Assembly (NCBI GenBank): GCA_965153285.1
Contig: OZ229111.1
Length of the DNA: 64,000 bases
Reading direction: 5' to 3' (one strand)
From: Podarcis tiliguerta
Lineage: Eukaryota
The notes below the pieces were generated by a model. The model was not told the DNA's origin, searched no databases, and was given only the letters and a program-made list of their open reading frames with translations. How positions within the stretch are numbered: the first letter of the stretch is position 1; each line of letters opens with the position of its first letter. Shown here in pieces: positions 1 to 12,700 of this stretch. Position numbers and translations under genes: made by a program.

Positions 1-134
1 CCTTTCTCAACCTACAGGTCCCTACAGGTTCTTGAACTACAGCTCCCATCATCCCTGACCACAGGCCATGCTAGCTAGGAATGATGGGAGTTGTAGTCCA
101 ACAGCACCTGGGAACCTAAGGATGAGAAAGGCTG
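1..134. mobile_element. hAT-type palindromic MITE, cut by the window edge
   Basis: cctttctca...actacagctcccatcat / atgatgggagttgtagt...tgagaaaggctg. Confidence 0.8.
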
Positions 135-2869
135 CTCCTATGTGTGACTGGTGTGTCTTGCTACATGGATTGCATTGCGTTCCTGTTTTGACTGATCTTT
201 GAACTCCAGTAAAAGCTGTGTTTTATGCAAAACCTTCTTTATGTGAGTAGAAAGCTAGCAAGTACAATTATGACACATGATGAATTGATTGATGACTCAT
301 CCGCCACAAATATGCTGTAGTTTGGGAAGGAAATGAACACATCTGATCCGGAGGATTTTGTGAATCATCCCTTAGGCCATCAGGTGCTTTGGAACCCTGT
401 GAAAGGGATTCCGTTAGGTGACTGGGACAGCCTGTAATGATATCGTGTGATTGACAGGTGAGCTGCTCCACCCACCTGCCAGAGTTGGTGTTAGGGAAGC
501 CAAAAAAGATTCCCCAACCCTGTGTTAGGGAATTTCCAGATGGATCTTGTCTTTCAGTGCCATATTTGTTTTAACCTTGATTCAGTGTCAGTGATGTTTT
601 GGCTCGATTAGAAGGAACTTTGGTCCTGATGATATCAAAACTCATGTTTATCACTTTAGATATGGAAGAGTCCTTAGCTTAGTGATAGTGTCACTGCATA
701 CTTGTTTCTTCCCTGGCATTTTTAAATAAAAGGATTTTGGGCCCCGGAGAGTTGTTTCCAATCACGAGTACTACGTACTGGAGAGATTCATTGCTTTATT
801 TATTTTACTGCTTTATAAAAATGCATTTATGCCAAGGTGTGCACTATTGCAGAATAGTACATAGTAATAGAATTATTGGTATAAAGCATCTGTTAATTAA
901 ATGTAAAGAAAAAGATGTGTGTAAAGAAAAAGATGTGTGTTATGTTCAAGCCTCAAGGGAAGAGGGTCACAAAACAATATCGCTGTAGGTAGTAGGGTAG
1001 CCTTGCTAGTAAACATCACTTTAAAAAAAAAAGTTAAAATACTATGGGTATTATAAGGAAGAGGAGCAGAGGTGGAGAAACCACCGGCCATGGAAGCTGA
1101 GCTGTCGTGTATGATGGTACCGTGTGGTTGTGCCATGTCAGAGAGATAGGAACATGGTGGCAACTCAGCCCCTCCCTGTCCTGCAGTGGAGGGGAAGCAG
1201 TCCCCGGCCCACCGTGGTGGCGGCAGGAAGAGGAGGAGCCACCAGTCATGGAAGCCAAGTTGCCATGTGATGCCCAGAGACCCTGCATGCAACGGTGTCA
1301 CGTCTGACGCCTAGGCATTGCGTGACGTTGTGATACATGCACCGGCCCATCCACCCCCATCTCATTCCCAAGTCAACGCTTCTGCAATGAATTGATAAAC
1401 TAGGATTATCCCGCTTGCAAGAGTGCAAAGAAGCAGTGATATCCCTGTAACTAATGCAGAGCTTTGAGAGGAAGCACCTGAATCCTGTGTCGCAACTGAG
1501 TGAGAACTCCCCAATTACTGTGAACACATACATGCAACTATCAATTGCAAAGCATTCTGATTTTTAAAGAAAGAATTACTACAGCATAAAACCAGTGGTA
1601 CACAAATGAGAATGTTGTAATGGTATCACGAGGCAGCCTGCAGTGCAGTACCCTAAGCTGGCTTGGGCAGGCTTCACAGATCAGCCATTGGCATAAATCC
1701 TTTAGTGAGGAAAGAGGAATGTGTAGAAAACAGAATAATCACAAAGGGCTATACAAAGAAAATTGGTAGGAGAGGGCAAAGAGGAGTTTAGCAGGTGTAG
1801 TGACAATCTGCCCCAGATGCCTGGTTTGTAGTTTCAGGTGTTGCTGCTGATCGCTTACCCCCACCCCAGCCCTGATGTCACATGTTTCCTTACCTTTGAA
1901 ACCCTATTCTCGTGGGGTCTAGGTGAGGTTTGACCCATTAATGCATTCTTATTTTTTAACTTCTCCCTGCTGCCTCCCTGTGCAATGTGTCCCACAGTGT
2001 AAGTTACCATAGTTTCTGAGAATCGGCTTGAAAATTAGCTTGATGTGTTGCTTGCAGTGCCCCTTCTCACGTATTGCATGCTTGACCTGCATAGAGCCAG
2101 CATACAGAAGCTGTAGGCATTAGAGAAATCATTTTTCTACCTGCAGTCATAAAAAGAACACAGTACTGCATTGCTTGCAGCCCAGCAATTGACTTTGCCT
2201 TGTCTGTGGTGCTGCCTCTAAGCAGAGCTAATTCAAAGTTACAGCACCACCTACCGTTGGAGATTATCATTTGAAAGTGGCTGCTGTGATTCCTTGTTTA
2301 AATCTTGCTTGTTGCCCAAATCTCCCCATGCATCGTGAAAACCTGAAGGATGCAAAACCTAAAAAAGAACCTACCTACCTTCCTTCCTTCCTTCCTTCCT
2401 TCTTTCTTTCTTTATGTTCATGCTTTATATCTAAATAGAAAAGTAAGAGTCTGCAATCCATTTGTTGAATGGATGCAATTCATTGTAGGGGGGAAATGCA
2501 TTCCAAAAAAAAGGAGTCCAGGAGAAAAGAAATATGACTTCCAATGAACTTTGTGTACAAATCTCTTTTATACTGACTAGCAGCAGTGCACACTGAAAAA
2601 ACAGTCTTTCTGTTAACCTCCAACATGTATTAAACCGTGATTGTAGTTACTCGTGGTGAAGGAAAGATAGATACTCTGCATGTGGTCAATCTGCTCTTCA
2701 CTCTGCATATTCCATGGGTTGTAAAACAAAATTCAAGGCCTTGGATCTGATGAATAGTGACTCAAATTAATGATCTGCTGCTGTGAGCCAAATGTAATGT
2801 TAACTGTTAAAGCCCTGTACAGCCAAGGGCCTGGATACTTGTGGAATCTCCTTTTCCCACCCACGGACC

Positions 2870-3222
2870 TGCCCATACATTGAGGCTCTCCTGGTTGTGT
2901 GCTACAGCCTCCCGAAGTTCTTCAGTGTGGCATTCTGAGGAAACTTCTCCATAGTGGGGCCTAAATTATAGAATTCCCTTCACCTCTGAAATAAAGGAGG
3001 GAGCTCTTACGAATTTTCAGTGCCTGCTAATGTCTTATCTGTTCACTTGGGCAATTGATGGATATTAGTACTGATCTTGAGGTCATAAGTTACGGTCTCC
3101 TGGTTTTATTGCTGGAATTTCTTATTGTGTTTTTAATATGCTGATAGTATCACAGCCCTCTCTTAGATTTCTTTTAGCAATGAATAATGGATAATAAATA
3201 TTCTAAATGAAATAAATACAAA
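2870..3222 (+). mobile_element. Probable L2 3'-end fragment; similar fragments near 29470-29690, 43850-43985 and 59880-60045
   Basis: ..ttctccatagtggggcctaaattatagaattccct.. followed by a T-rich tract and an (AAAT)-type tail; recognised by pattern only. Confidence 0.5.
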
Positions 3223-3628
3223 TCAAGCCTCTTCTGATAATAAGGTTGCTGAGTATCATAAAGGCACACCAAAATGGGACTTTCAGCTTTTCTGACTATC
3301 ACAGACTGGGTGCTCCAGTTGTACACACCTGACAGGTATGAAACCACAGTGGTGTGTTGCTGTGGAGTGGCTTCCTCCAGTAAGTGTGAGGATTGCCTGA
3401 GGGGAAAGCCTCCAGCTGAGCACGCTCTTAAGTGATGCCATCTGAAAGGATTGCCCTTAAGTTGGGGAGCATTATATAAAGCAGCACAGAACAGGAGTTA
3501 ACCCTCTCTTATCTGATAAGGGTGGACATTTATTTGATCCACTTTTTTGGGGGGGGGGCAGACAGGAAATCTTTCTTGTATATATTTGTGATTCTGACTG
3601 CACTCACATCAATGTTGTTTTTGAACAG

Positions 3629-3706
3629 AGACTACTTGGGAGCGGCCTAGCAGTGTGCCCGGGACACCAAAGAGCCCTGTGACACAGAAGAACTCCTTGC
3701 CTACAG
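3629..3706 (+). CDS. GAS7: GAS7 exon (end of WW domain): (E)TTWERPSSVPGTPKSPVTQKNSLPT
   Basis: ttgaacag| acceptor, |gtaggg donor, 78 nt, phase 1-1; WW C-terminal TTWERP motif. Confidence 0.93.
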
Positions 3707-6700
3707 GTAGGGGGAAAATTAGGCGGCGCCCATTAGATTTCCTGAAATAAACACACATACACTCTTCACGGTTTGTACCGAAGTGGCTAATACCTGTGAC
3801 ATCTCCATTGACTGGTATTCAAAGTGGTGCTTGGAGCGTAGTGCATGGTGCTTCCTTGGTCAGGTTATGGCACATGAAGGACATATTTTTTTCTATACTC
3901 CTGGGAGCTTGTCTTGGCTACCAACCATGTGCTTATATAAGTTTATGATTCTGATCTTTGAGAGGCAACTGCAGATTTTAGCAATGAGAAAGGTGAGGGG
4001 ATGCTTCTAGATCAGTCATTAATTTCTTTCTACCATGCAATTCTGGTTTTGTTTTTACAAATGGTGTCACAGCATCCTATCCTTTCTGAGTAAGAGAATG
4101 GTAATACACCCAAAGTCCCCTACAAAATGTGTGTGGGGGGGGGGCGATCCTGATAAGCTAAAATTGATGAATTACACGTCGCGGTTCGAATCCCCGCAAC
4201 GGGGTGAGCTCCCGTTGCTCAGTCCCTGCTCCTGCCAACCCAGCAGTTCGAAAGCATGCCAGTGCAAGTAGATAAATAGGTACCACTCCGGCGGGAAGGT
4301 AAACGCCGTTTCCGTGCGCTGCTCTGGTTTCGCCAGAAGCGGCTTAGTCATGCTGGCCACATGACCCGGAAAAACTGTCTGCGGAAGCGGACAAATGCCA
4401 GCTCCCTCAGCCTTTAAGGCAAGGTGAGTGCCGCAACCCCAGAGTCGTTCGCGACTGGACTTAATTGTCAGGGGTCCCTTTACCTTTACAGTAATATGAA
4501 TGTACTAGAGGATGCTGTCCCCACCTGCTATGCCTTCTAGCCCTTGGTCAACCCTCTTTACTAAGCCTCTTTCCCTGTCCCCACATTTCACCCAGTCCTT
4601 TGCTCAGCTTGCCCCAAACACACACCCCGTTCTGTCACAGCTTGTTAAATATTTAATGGAGAAGTGGGTGCTTTAGAGAGCCATTGCCAAACCGTTCTCT
4701 GAAGTGCCTCCTACCCTCCTTTAAATGTCACTCCAGATATTGGGGGGGGGGGTAAAGTTTATTTCTATTTTATTTTATAATGTATATAAAACAGAGAGAA
4801 CAGTTATAACAACAGACAAAAATTAAAGATGAAAAACGAAACTATAAAATAGACACATAGAGGGAGTGGTTGTACATGAGTTAAAATAACAAAATCCCAA
4901 GTAAAGACTATCAACTTTTATCAGATCATAAAAGTACAGTTCCAGATTTCCCAGGCTTGTGACGAAGGCTGCCTTGAAAATGACGGTTCCGCTGTATATG
5001 TCATAAAGGAATGCCAAATCATATAAAAAGTGTCTGGAGGTTCTAGTCCTTGTCAAAATCTCAAATTATGTCTTATTTTCTACATTACGGTACACCTATG
5101 TTCCAGAGTGAGCAGTACCAAGCGCCCAGTGCAAGATTTTGGGCTCTTCTCCATTGAGTTGCATTTACTATATGTGCTGCCAAGACCAAATCTTTTGGCA
5201 ACCTATTTATATTGGTATCATAAAAAATACTCAGTAACATTAATTTTGGACAACATACAATTGTTTCCTTAATAATATTCATCATTTCTGTCAGAATTAA
5301 ATTCCAAAAATCTTGCACCAACTGACAATTCCCACCATAAATGATAATACATACCAAGTTCATTGCAGCCCCTCCAACAATAAGATGATATAGAAGAAAA
5401 CACTTTTTGAGTTTTGCAGAGGAGTACGATACTACTTTTTAAGAGGCAATGTTAAGAGGTTTCCATAAGCAAACTGCAAACAGATTTTAAGGGGCGCAAT
5501 TCCCAGATATTTTTTTCCAGTCCTTGGGAAGAATTTGTGTGCCAGCATCTAGTTCCCATATCTTTTAAAGGGGTTCCATATATCCGTAAGCTATATTATG
5601 CAATATAGAATACAGTTTAGAAATTCATCCTTTCCCCTCTCTACCCATTGTTCTTAATAAATTTTCAAGTTGTGTTAAGGTTCTCAGAGCTTTTGTTTTT
5701 ACATGTTCTTTTATAATACTCCAGAGATGTATAATGGCAGGGAAGAAGGCTCAGAGAATGGTTTGCCAAGCCATCCTTCTTCTACTCACCTTTAAACATT
5801 GCTCCTTCCTCATCGGCTCACCTGACTCGCCACCACCCATGCTGCTTGTTCATTCGCCTGCCTGTTGTTCTGTCATCATGCTGTAGTTGGTGTGACCTCT
5901 TGTTAGCGGCTATGCAAACTACAGCGTGATGACAGTTTTACTTTCCAAAATATAGAGACATACTGAATTTTATTGCATAAATTTCTTGAGATAATCAGAT
6001 ATTTCATTTAAAGTGGAGTTGCCTGACCTTCCTGCAGAGTTTTACATAAACAGTTGATCTATCTCAATAATGTCTTTGCAACTGATGTGTTCTTGTTGCT
6101 AAAATTGCTGCCTGCTTGCATGTATTTCTGCACAGATCGATGGATCAATATATTATGTATTTCTGCAGAGTGTGTTTCATGTAGACTTGCTGTATTTGTG
6201 GTGACATTTTGAATTATACATTTACACTTGGTCATGTATGCCAGGTAAATTACTTAATTTTGACGAAGAGCCTCAGAGATGGCAAACCCATCCCCCCCCC
6301 ATCTTTTTGAATTACGCCAGCTTCTCCTGTATCTTTTCTTTACAGTGAATGGGTATCACATACCAGGAACTTTGGTACCCCAACTAGAACCAAGCCACAT
6401 GAGTCTCCGCAAAGTCGGCAGTGACCCCCAGGTAAGCACAGAAAATATTCCTGGATGTAGATGAAGGCTTTTATTTTCTATGATTGTTTAGAAATAGTGC
6501 TTGTGGATACTTCCAATGGGATGAAGGACTGAAATCAGTCTTCGTTCACTTAGATGTGCAGCAGTGATAGTTCAGTCTTTTAGTCCAAATTGTGCTGTGA
6601 ACCTCAAAGTCCTTGTATTCCTGAACACTCTCTCTCCCTCTCCCCCCTCCCTCTCCCTCCCCTCCCCCCCTTCTATTTTTATCACTGGAAGCTCTTATTG

Positions 6701-9700
6701 ATCTTTCTCAACTTTAGCCATCTGTGATCATTTTGTAGTATGGAGTTTTTCGGGCTAGGTACCCAACGTGCTTTCTTTTTTGTCAACATTGAATTGGAAT
6801 TTGTTGCACTTCTCGTTGCTGTTTAAGTGAGCATCCTCTTGCTATTGTACCATGAGACACTATAATCAAGATGATTTTTATTATCCATGCATTCTTTCCT
6901 AAATCTTGGAAGATTACAGCTATATTTCATAGCAATGCATTCCACACTGTCTCAAAGTCTCCGTCACCCACTACAGTACTGGAGAAAAAATTTACCAACT
7001 TGTTAGAAGTTTTTTTTGTAGGTTTTTTTTTTTTTTTTTTTTTGTTAGAACTTGTTAGAAGTTTTTTTTGTAGGTTTTTTGGTTTTTTGCAGAAATATGT
7101 GAGTTAAATCTTAGGGCATAAACATTCTAGAGCTTTATTTTCCCCACTCAATTCAGATATGCTGAATGTCTGTATAGCTCTACCCCTCTTGCCATTATTA
7201 CTATATTATTGAAGTCTGCATTAAAGCCTGTTATGTAATTTGGGCTGCTTCCACACTGGTCACTTATTGTGGAACAACCATGCTTTGTTCACTCACTGTT
7301 TATGGGATGTCTGCATAACATAGTGATCAAACGTCCTCCTCCCAAGTTTTCTCTATTCAGCTTCCGTTTTTGTGGGGTTGTTTTTTTTAAAGAACTCAGA
7401 AAAATCTGGGTTTTTATTTGTTTGGGGGTTTTTATCACAATGTAAGCACTGTGCAACATACCCCATGTAGGTGATCCATCACACAGCTGTTCTGGCTTAT
7501 ACAGGCCAGTTATGGCCTTCATAGATTTTGTTCTAGCAATTTCCTTCTCTATAGTCTGTCTCATCTCTCTCGGAATCAGCTCTATCACTTTAACTGTCCC
7601 CTTCTCAAATAGCATTGCTTTGGTATTCCTTTCCTCTCTCCACAACCCTGCACATCCCAACTTGCAGTACATCCCACACAATGGTCCCAATGAAAATTGC
7701 TACACACAAGATTTGGGGTTGGGGAAGGAGTGGCTTCCCACTCAGCTATAGAATGTTATTTGGATTCCAGACATTGCTGTCCCACCTACAGCGTAAAGCA
7801 GAACAGCACTGCTTGCATACTGCTTAATTGTCACCATCTGTAAGCACTCTTGGTTACTGATGCTTTTCCGCTGTCTAAGAAAATCTAGGGATTTACCTTA
7901 GCAAACAGCATTTGTAAAGTACAAGCTACTGTTCATTGTAGCTTCCAACAACTAATTAACATTATTTGGGGTCCTCTGGAAATCTAAGGCATGACAGCTG
8001 GACATAGCTGAATTATGAAGGGCTAGCATGTTTGAGTGAATGCAGTGTTGAACCTGAGATCCAAATCTCTGTTAAGTCATTCATATGTGTTTAAATAAAT
8101 CTGGTCATTTAAAGCCATGAGCTCTCCAAAGGGCTTTGGCAAGTTGCTGTTTCAAGCCTCAGTTTCTGTTCTGTAAAACAGTTTATAATAGTCAAAGTAT
8201 AGCTGTGAGGCAAAGCATACCGCTACTCATAGAATATTGCTTTCTCCCAGTTCTCTGTGCTTTAAGAAATCATGTAGGCCAATTTCGCAAATGATGCTAA
8301 AATTGATTTTTGCATTTCTCCTCCCCACCCCTCACTGATTTTTTTGCATTTCCTGTATCTGTACATTCAGTTTGAAAAGCCACATTAAGTCTGGGTTGTT
8401 GTTGTTGGTTGTTTTAAAAAAACAAAAACCAGCTTTCTTCAATCTTATTCTACACTAACGATGATTTAAAAATGTTCCTGGGCAGGGACTCACACATTTC
8501 TGTTCATCGCTTGATGACTGTAATATCAAGTACTTTCTTGTATTGTGCAAACAGCCATCGCAGATCAAACGGCACTTTCATATCTGCTGACATCATTTCA
8601 GCGCAATATGTTCCAGCTGTGTTTGCAGCTCATAACATTTATTTTGTTTTTATCCCACCCATCCTCCTGAGATTTGAATAAAAATGAGCACGTGCACAGC
8701 AACTCTGTGCAGGGGGGCTGGGAAGACAAGATAGTGACTTGCTCAAGACAACCCAGAGAGGAATGTAGCTGAGCAGAAATTAGAACCTGCACCTTCCCTG
8801 TATAAACCCAGTACTGGAGCCACTGCCATGAAGTCATTGAACTAGCCATTCCGTGGGGAAGGGCCGTAGCACAACGGTAGGGCACCTGCTCTGCATGCAG
8901 ATGGCTCCAGGTTCAATCCCTAGCATCTCTGGGTAGGGTTGGGGGAAAGACCCTCTACCAGAATCCTGGACAGCAGCTGCCGGTTAGTGAAGACAGTAGT
9001 GAGCTAGAATCTAGATGACCTAGAGGTGTGACTCTCTAGAGGTGTGAGAGCCAGTGTGGTGTAGTGATTAAGAGCTGTAGACTCGTAATCTGGGGAACCG
9101 GGTTCACATCTCCGCTCCTCCACATGCAGCTGCTGGGTGACCTTGGGCCAGTCACACTTCTTTGAAGTCTCTCAGCCTCACTCACCTCACAGAGTGTTTG
9201 TTGTGGGGGAGGAAGGGAAAGGAGAATGTTAGCCACTTTGAGACTCCTTCGGTAGTGATAAAGCAGAATATCAAATCCAAACTCTTCTTCTTCTTCTTCT
9301 CCTCTATAAGGCAGCTTCCTGTGTTCCTATGGGTGAGGTGTTCATGCATGTGTGAGAGTAGTTCACAAAAAAAAACTCTTAAGGGCTGACTAAAAAGTGT
9401 TGCAAAATGTCAGAGAAGAAAGTGTGCATTGATAAGACAATTATTTGTTACGTGACCATGGTTCGGAAAATGTTTCTGCTTTCAGTTCACTGAGCCCTGC
9501 TTGAGTCAAGCAGGTCATATGTGAGAACACGGAAAACTTGGTTTTAAAAGCTCTGAGGACCTTGTAGACTCTGTGGGTGCCTTTTCCCTCTTCTTCTTCC
9601 CTGCTCATTCCCCTCACTTCCTCCCCTTAATGATGCCACCAGGAAAGAGGCGAAGAATAAAACTAGATTTTGCATCGTGTCTTCACTGTCTCTAAAATAA

Positions 9701-12700
9701 GCATATGGCTGGAGTGGGCACACCAAGAGAGTGATATTCTGAAATCTTCTCTTCCTCCCTTGCTCTCCCTGAGGCTGAGAAGCCAGTTCTAAATTGTTGG
9801 CAAAGTTGTTCTCTTTTGCCCCGTGAGTAGTTTGTTATCACACAGTAGTGTCTTTATGAAGAGAGGCAGAGGTAGTTGAGGAAGTAATTCACCTCTGCCT
9901 TTCCTAAGTGAGAGTATACAACACATCTCTTGTAGCGTTGCATATCTCACTTTGGAAACTCTTGGACCTTGATCTGTAGGTGATTCTTGCATGAGTCCAC
10001 CTTGACCTGTGCGTCTGCTTCTTTGTAGTACTCTGGATGGTGATCTGTTTTGGATACTGGATCAAGAGTATCTTGATAGCTTTAAGATCCTACTGATCTT
10101 TTCTAGTCTTACTTGAGGGCATGGCTGGTGGGTCCAGGGAACAGCTACTCTCTGACCTAATGGCTTTGCAGGTTCATAATTGGCTGCTTCAGCAGTTGTT
10201 GGGCAATAGGCCCGTAAATGAATCAGCAGCTTACAACACAGGTGAGTGAGTGCTCTTGTATTGGTTGTAGAGTGATCAGTGGGGAACCTACTGGGCCCCC
10301 TGGAAAGCATAGAGCTGAGTGAGACCAAGAATGCAGGAAAGTTGAAAGAATTTAAGGTGTGCCAGTGTTAACCAAGAAAACTTGAGTGTTTGGGAGCTCA
10401 AGGACTTAAGATTTGCTACTGTGTCTAGCAGTTTATTATGAAAGTGCATTGTAGAGGGGAACTCCATAACATATTCCGCCCCCCCTTAAAGATCAGGCTC
10501 AGGGGAGTTAGAAGCAGCATCATTTATTTTGGAGAGGGGATGGTGATTTAGAGTTCTTCATTACACAGTTCCTCTTTCCGCAGGTGCTAGCGTCAGCTCT
10601 CCTTTTGCGGCTGGACCAATGCCAATCTGCTGTTTGGGCATACTTTTTTTCTGCTGTGCGTGGGCAACTAATGCTAACAAAGAGGGATATTTAAAAATTT
10701 ATTTACTTACCTTGTCAGCATGAGATTAGAACATCTGAGGGAAATGGACTCATTTTCAGATTCTGGATCAGCAAGAAGCTTCCTTTGAGGGGTATTGAAG
10801 GATTCCGTTTCACATATGTGAGGATATTTTAAAGAACAATAGCAGCTGTCTGGGGGGGACATAAAGAGAAAGGCAAAAAGGCTTGTGTTGAAATTGCACA
10901 ATAGCACATACAGTGGTACCTTGGGTTAAGTACTTAATTCGTTCCGGAGGTCCGTTCTTAACCTGAAACTGTTCTTAACCTGAAGCACCACTTTAGCCAA
11001 TGGGGCCTCCTGCTGCCGCTGTGCCGCCAGAGCACTATTTCTGTTCTTATCCTGAAGCAAAGTTCTTTACCTGAAGCACTATTTCTGGGTTAGCAGCGTC
11101 TGTAACCTGAAGCGCATGTAACCTGAAGTGTATGTAACCCGAGGTATCACTGTATAGACTGGTTTCTGGGAGAGATGTCATAGCTGGTAGAAAATGGTGC
11201 CTAAAGAAATTGTGGCATTTCTAGATCTTTGGAGTTTTGCACATAAAAATTAAGGACACATGCGGGGGGGGGGGGACTGTTCTCTATCAGAGAGTGTTAA
11301 GGCAGTCTTCTTCCTAGAATAAAGTTGTTGTGCTATGTTTGTCCTTGTGGTACTTTTTTGTTACTCTGTGTAAAACTGGGCAGTGTGGCATAAATATTTC
11401 TTTGTGAGAGATAACCCTGGTAAGGACTACAAAGGACAAAACCCCCATAAATAAAAGCAATAAGGTTACAATGAATGGTGAAGCAGGACATGTTCCACCA
11501 TGTTGTTAACTGTTGCACGGTAGCCTCAGACAGAATGGCATGCCAAACAAACACTTTAAAATAGGTGGCTGCTGACTCCATGTGCCCTATACTTCTGTTT
11601 TGGGTCATTCCATTCACTGTCAGTCTGATGCAGGTGGGTTTTTTGTTGTGTTGTTTTGATGCTTTTGCTAATTTGCAGATGGAGGCAGAAGGAAGTCTTG
11701 GGGATGCCTGCAGTGTGTTAGCAACAACACTGCAGAGACTTCCTCCTCACCTTGCTTTTGGAGTCCCGGCTTTTAAAGCTGGAGTGGGGGGGGGGCAGTG
11801 GGGCGAGCGGATGAGATGTGTGTGCAATTGCGATATGAACCTAACAGCAAAGGAAGCCTTTGTGTACAGCAGCTGAACTGCATGTGAAACGTAAAGCAGA
11901 GCTTCGAATAACTCTTTTAGGCACAGTAGCTAAAGAGCCCTGCTTCAGAGTTGGCACGCAGTGGAAGAGTTAATTCCAAAGCTAGGCACTGATTGGAAGG
12001 GGAGGTGTCGCCGTGTTTCGGATGAATTATCTGGCTGTACAGAGCTCGTGTGCTGCTTCGTGAGCACAGTGCAGGAGTCTCCCATGCAAGAGTTGAACTG
12101 TGACACCTCTGGGGCATGGAAAGAGGCTAAGCCAGGAAGCAGGGCAGAAAGGGAATCTCCTCCAATTTGGCTTGCACAAAGCACTGAGCACCCCTGCTTC
12201 CCACACACACACGCACACACAAGCACACACATACACCTTCCAGTAACTCAGAATACATACCATGTCGGATGTGGAGTGCAGTTTTGACGATGCCTCTTGC
12301 CTCTCTCCTCAGAGTCCTGGGTCCCCCTCACCTACTCGAAAGCAGAACAAGGAGACCACGTTCACGGTAAGTAGAATCCCACCGTGATGATCACCAGTCC
12401 AGTTGCTATGGTGATCTAGTCACCAGAGCAAGTAGCATTGCAGGGCAGGAGAGCCGTCAGTCCGTCTGTGTATGTGTTGGTGTGTTGAATCCGTGTGAAA
12501 GGGTCTGCCTCATGTTTTCCAGATGTAAACACGGTGCCTGCTTTCCACAGCAGTAGCTGCATTGAAGCCATTTTTAAAAGGCTGGAGCTAGCAGAGAGCC
12601 TGTTAAAGAGAGACAGGAAAGAAATGTCAGAAAGCAAAAGGAGAGGGTGGGGGAACTTCTTTCTGCTGTGATTTTTAAATTATAGTTGCAGCAGTGTTTC

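Noticed and set aside
8854-8925. tRNA-like sequences (also near 9046, 13980, 14640 and 55380)
   Set aside because: A/B boxes continue into SINE bodies and tails; no intact cloverleaf.
10571-10700. Strong acceptor-like site cctctttccgcag at 10583 (also ctctctcag at 49290)
   Set aside because: No convincing paired donor or recognisable coding frame; cannot be supported without RNA data.
11961-12287. 108-aa plus-strand ORF upstream of the GAS7 exon at 12313
   Set aside because: GTG start, includes a CA-repeat-derived HTHAHT run, and is out of frame with GAS7; the meaningful frame starts at 12262.
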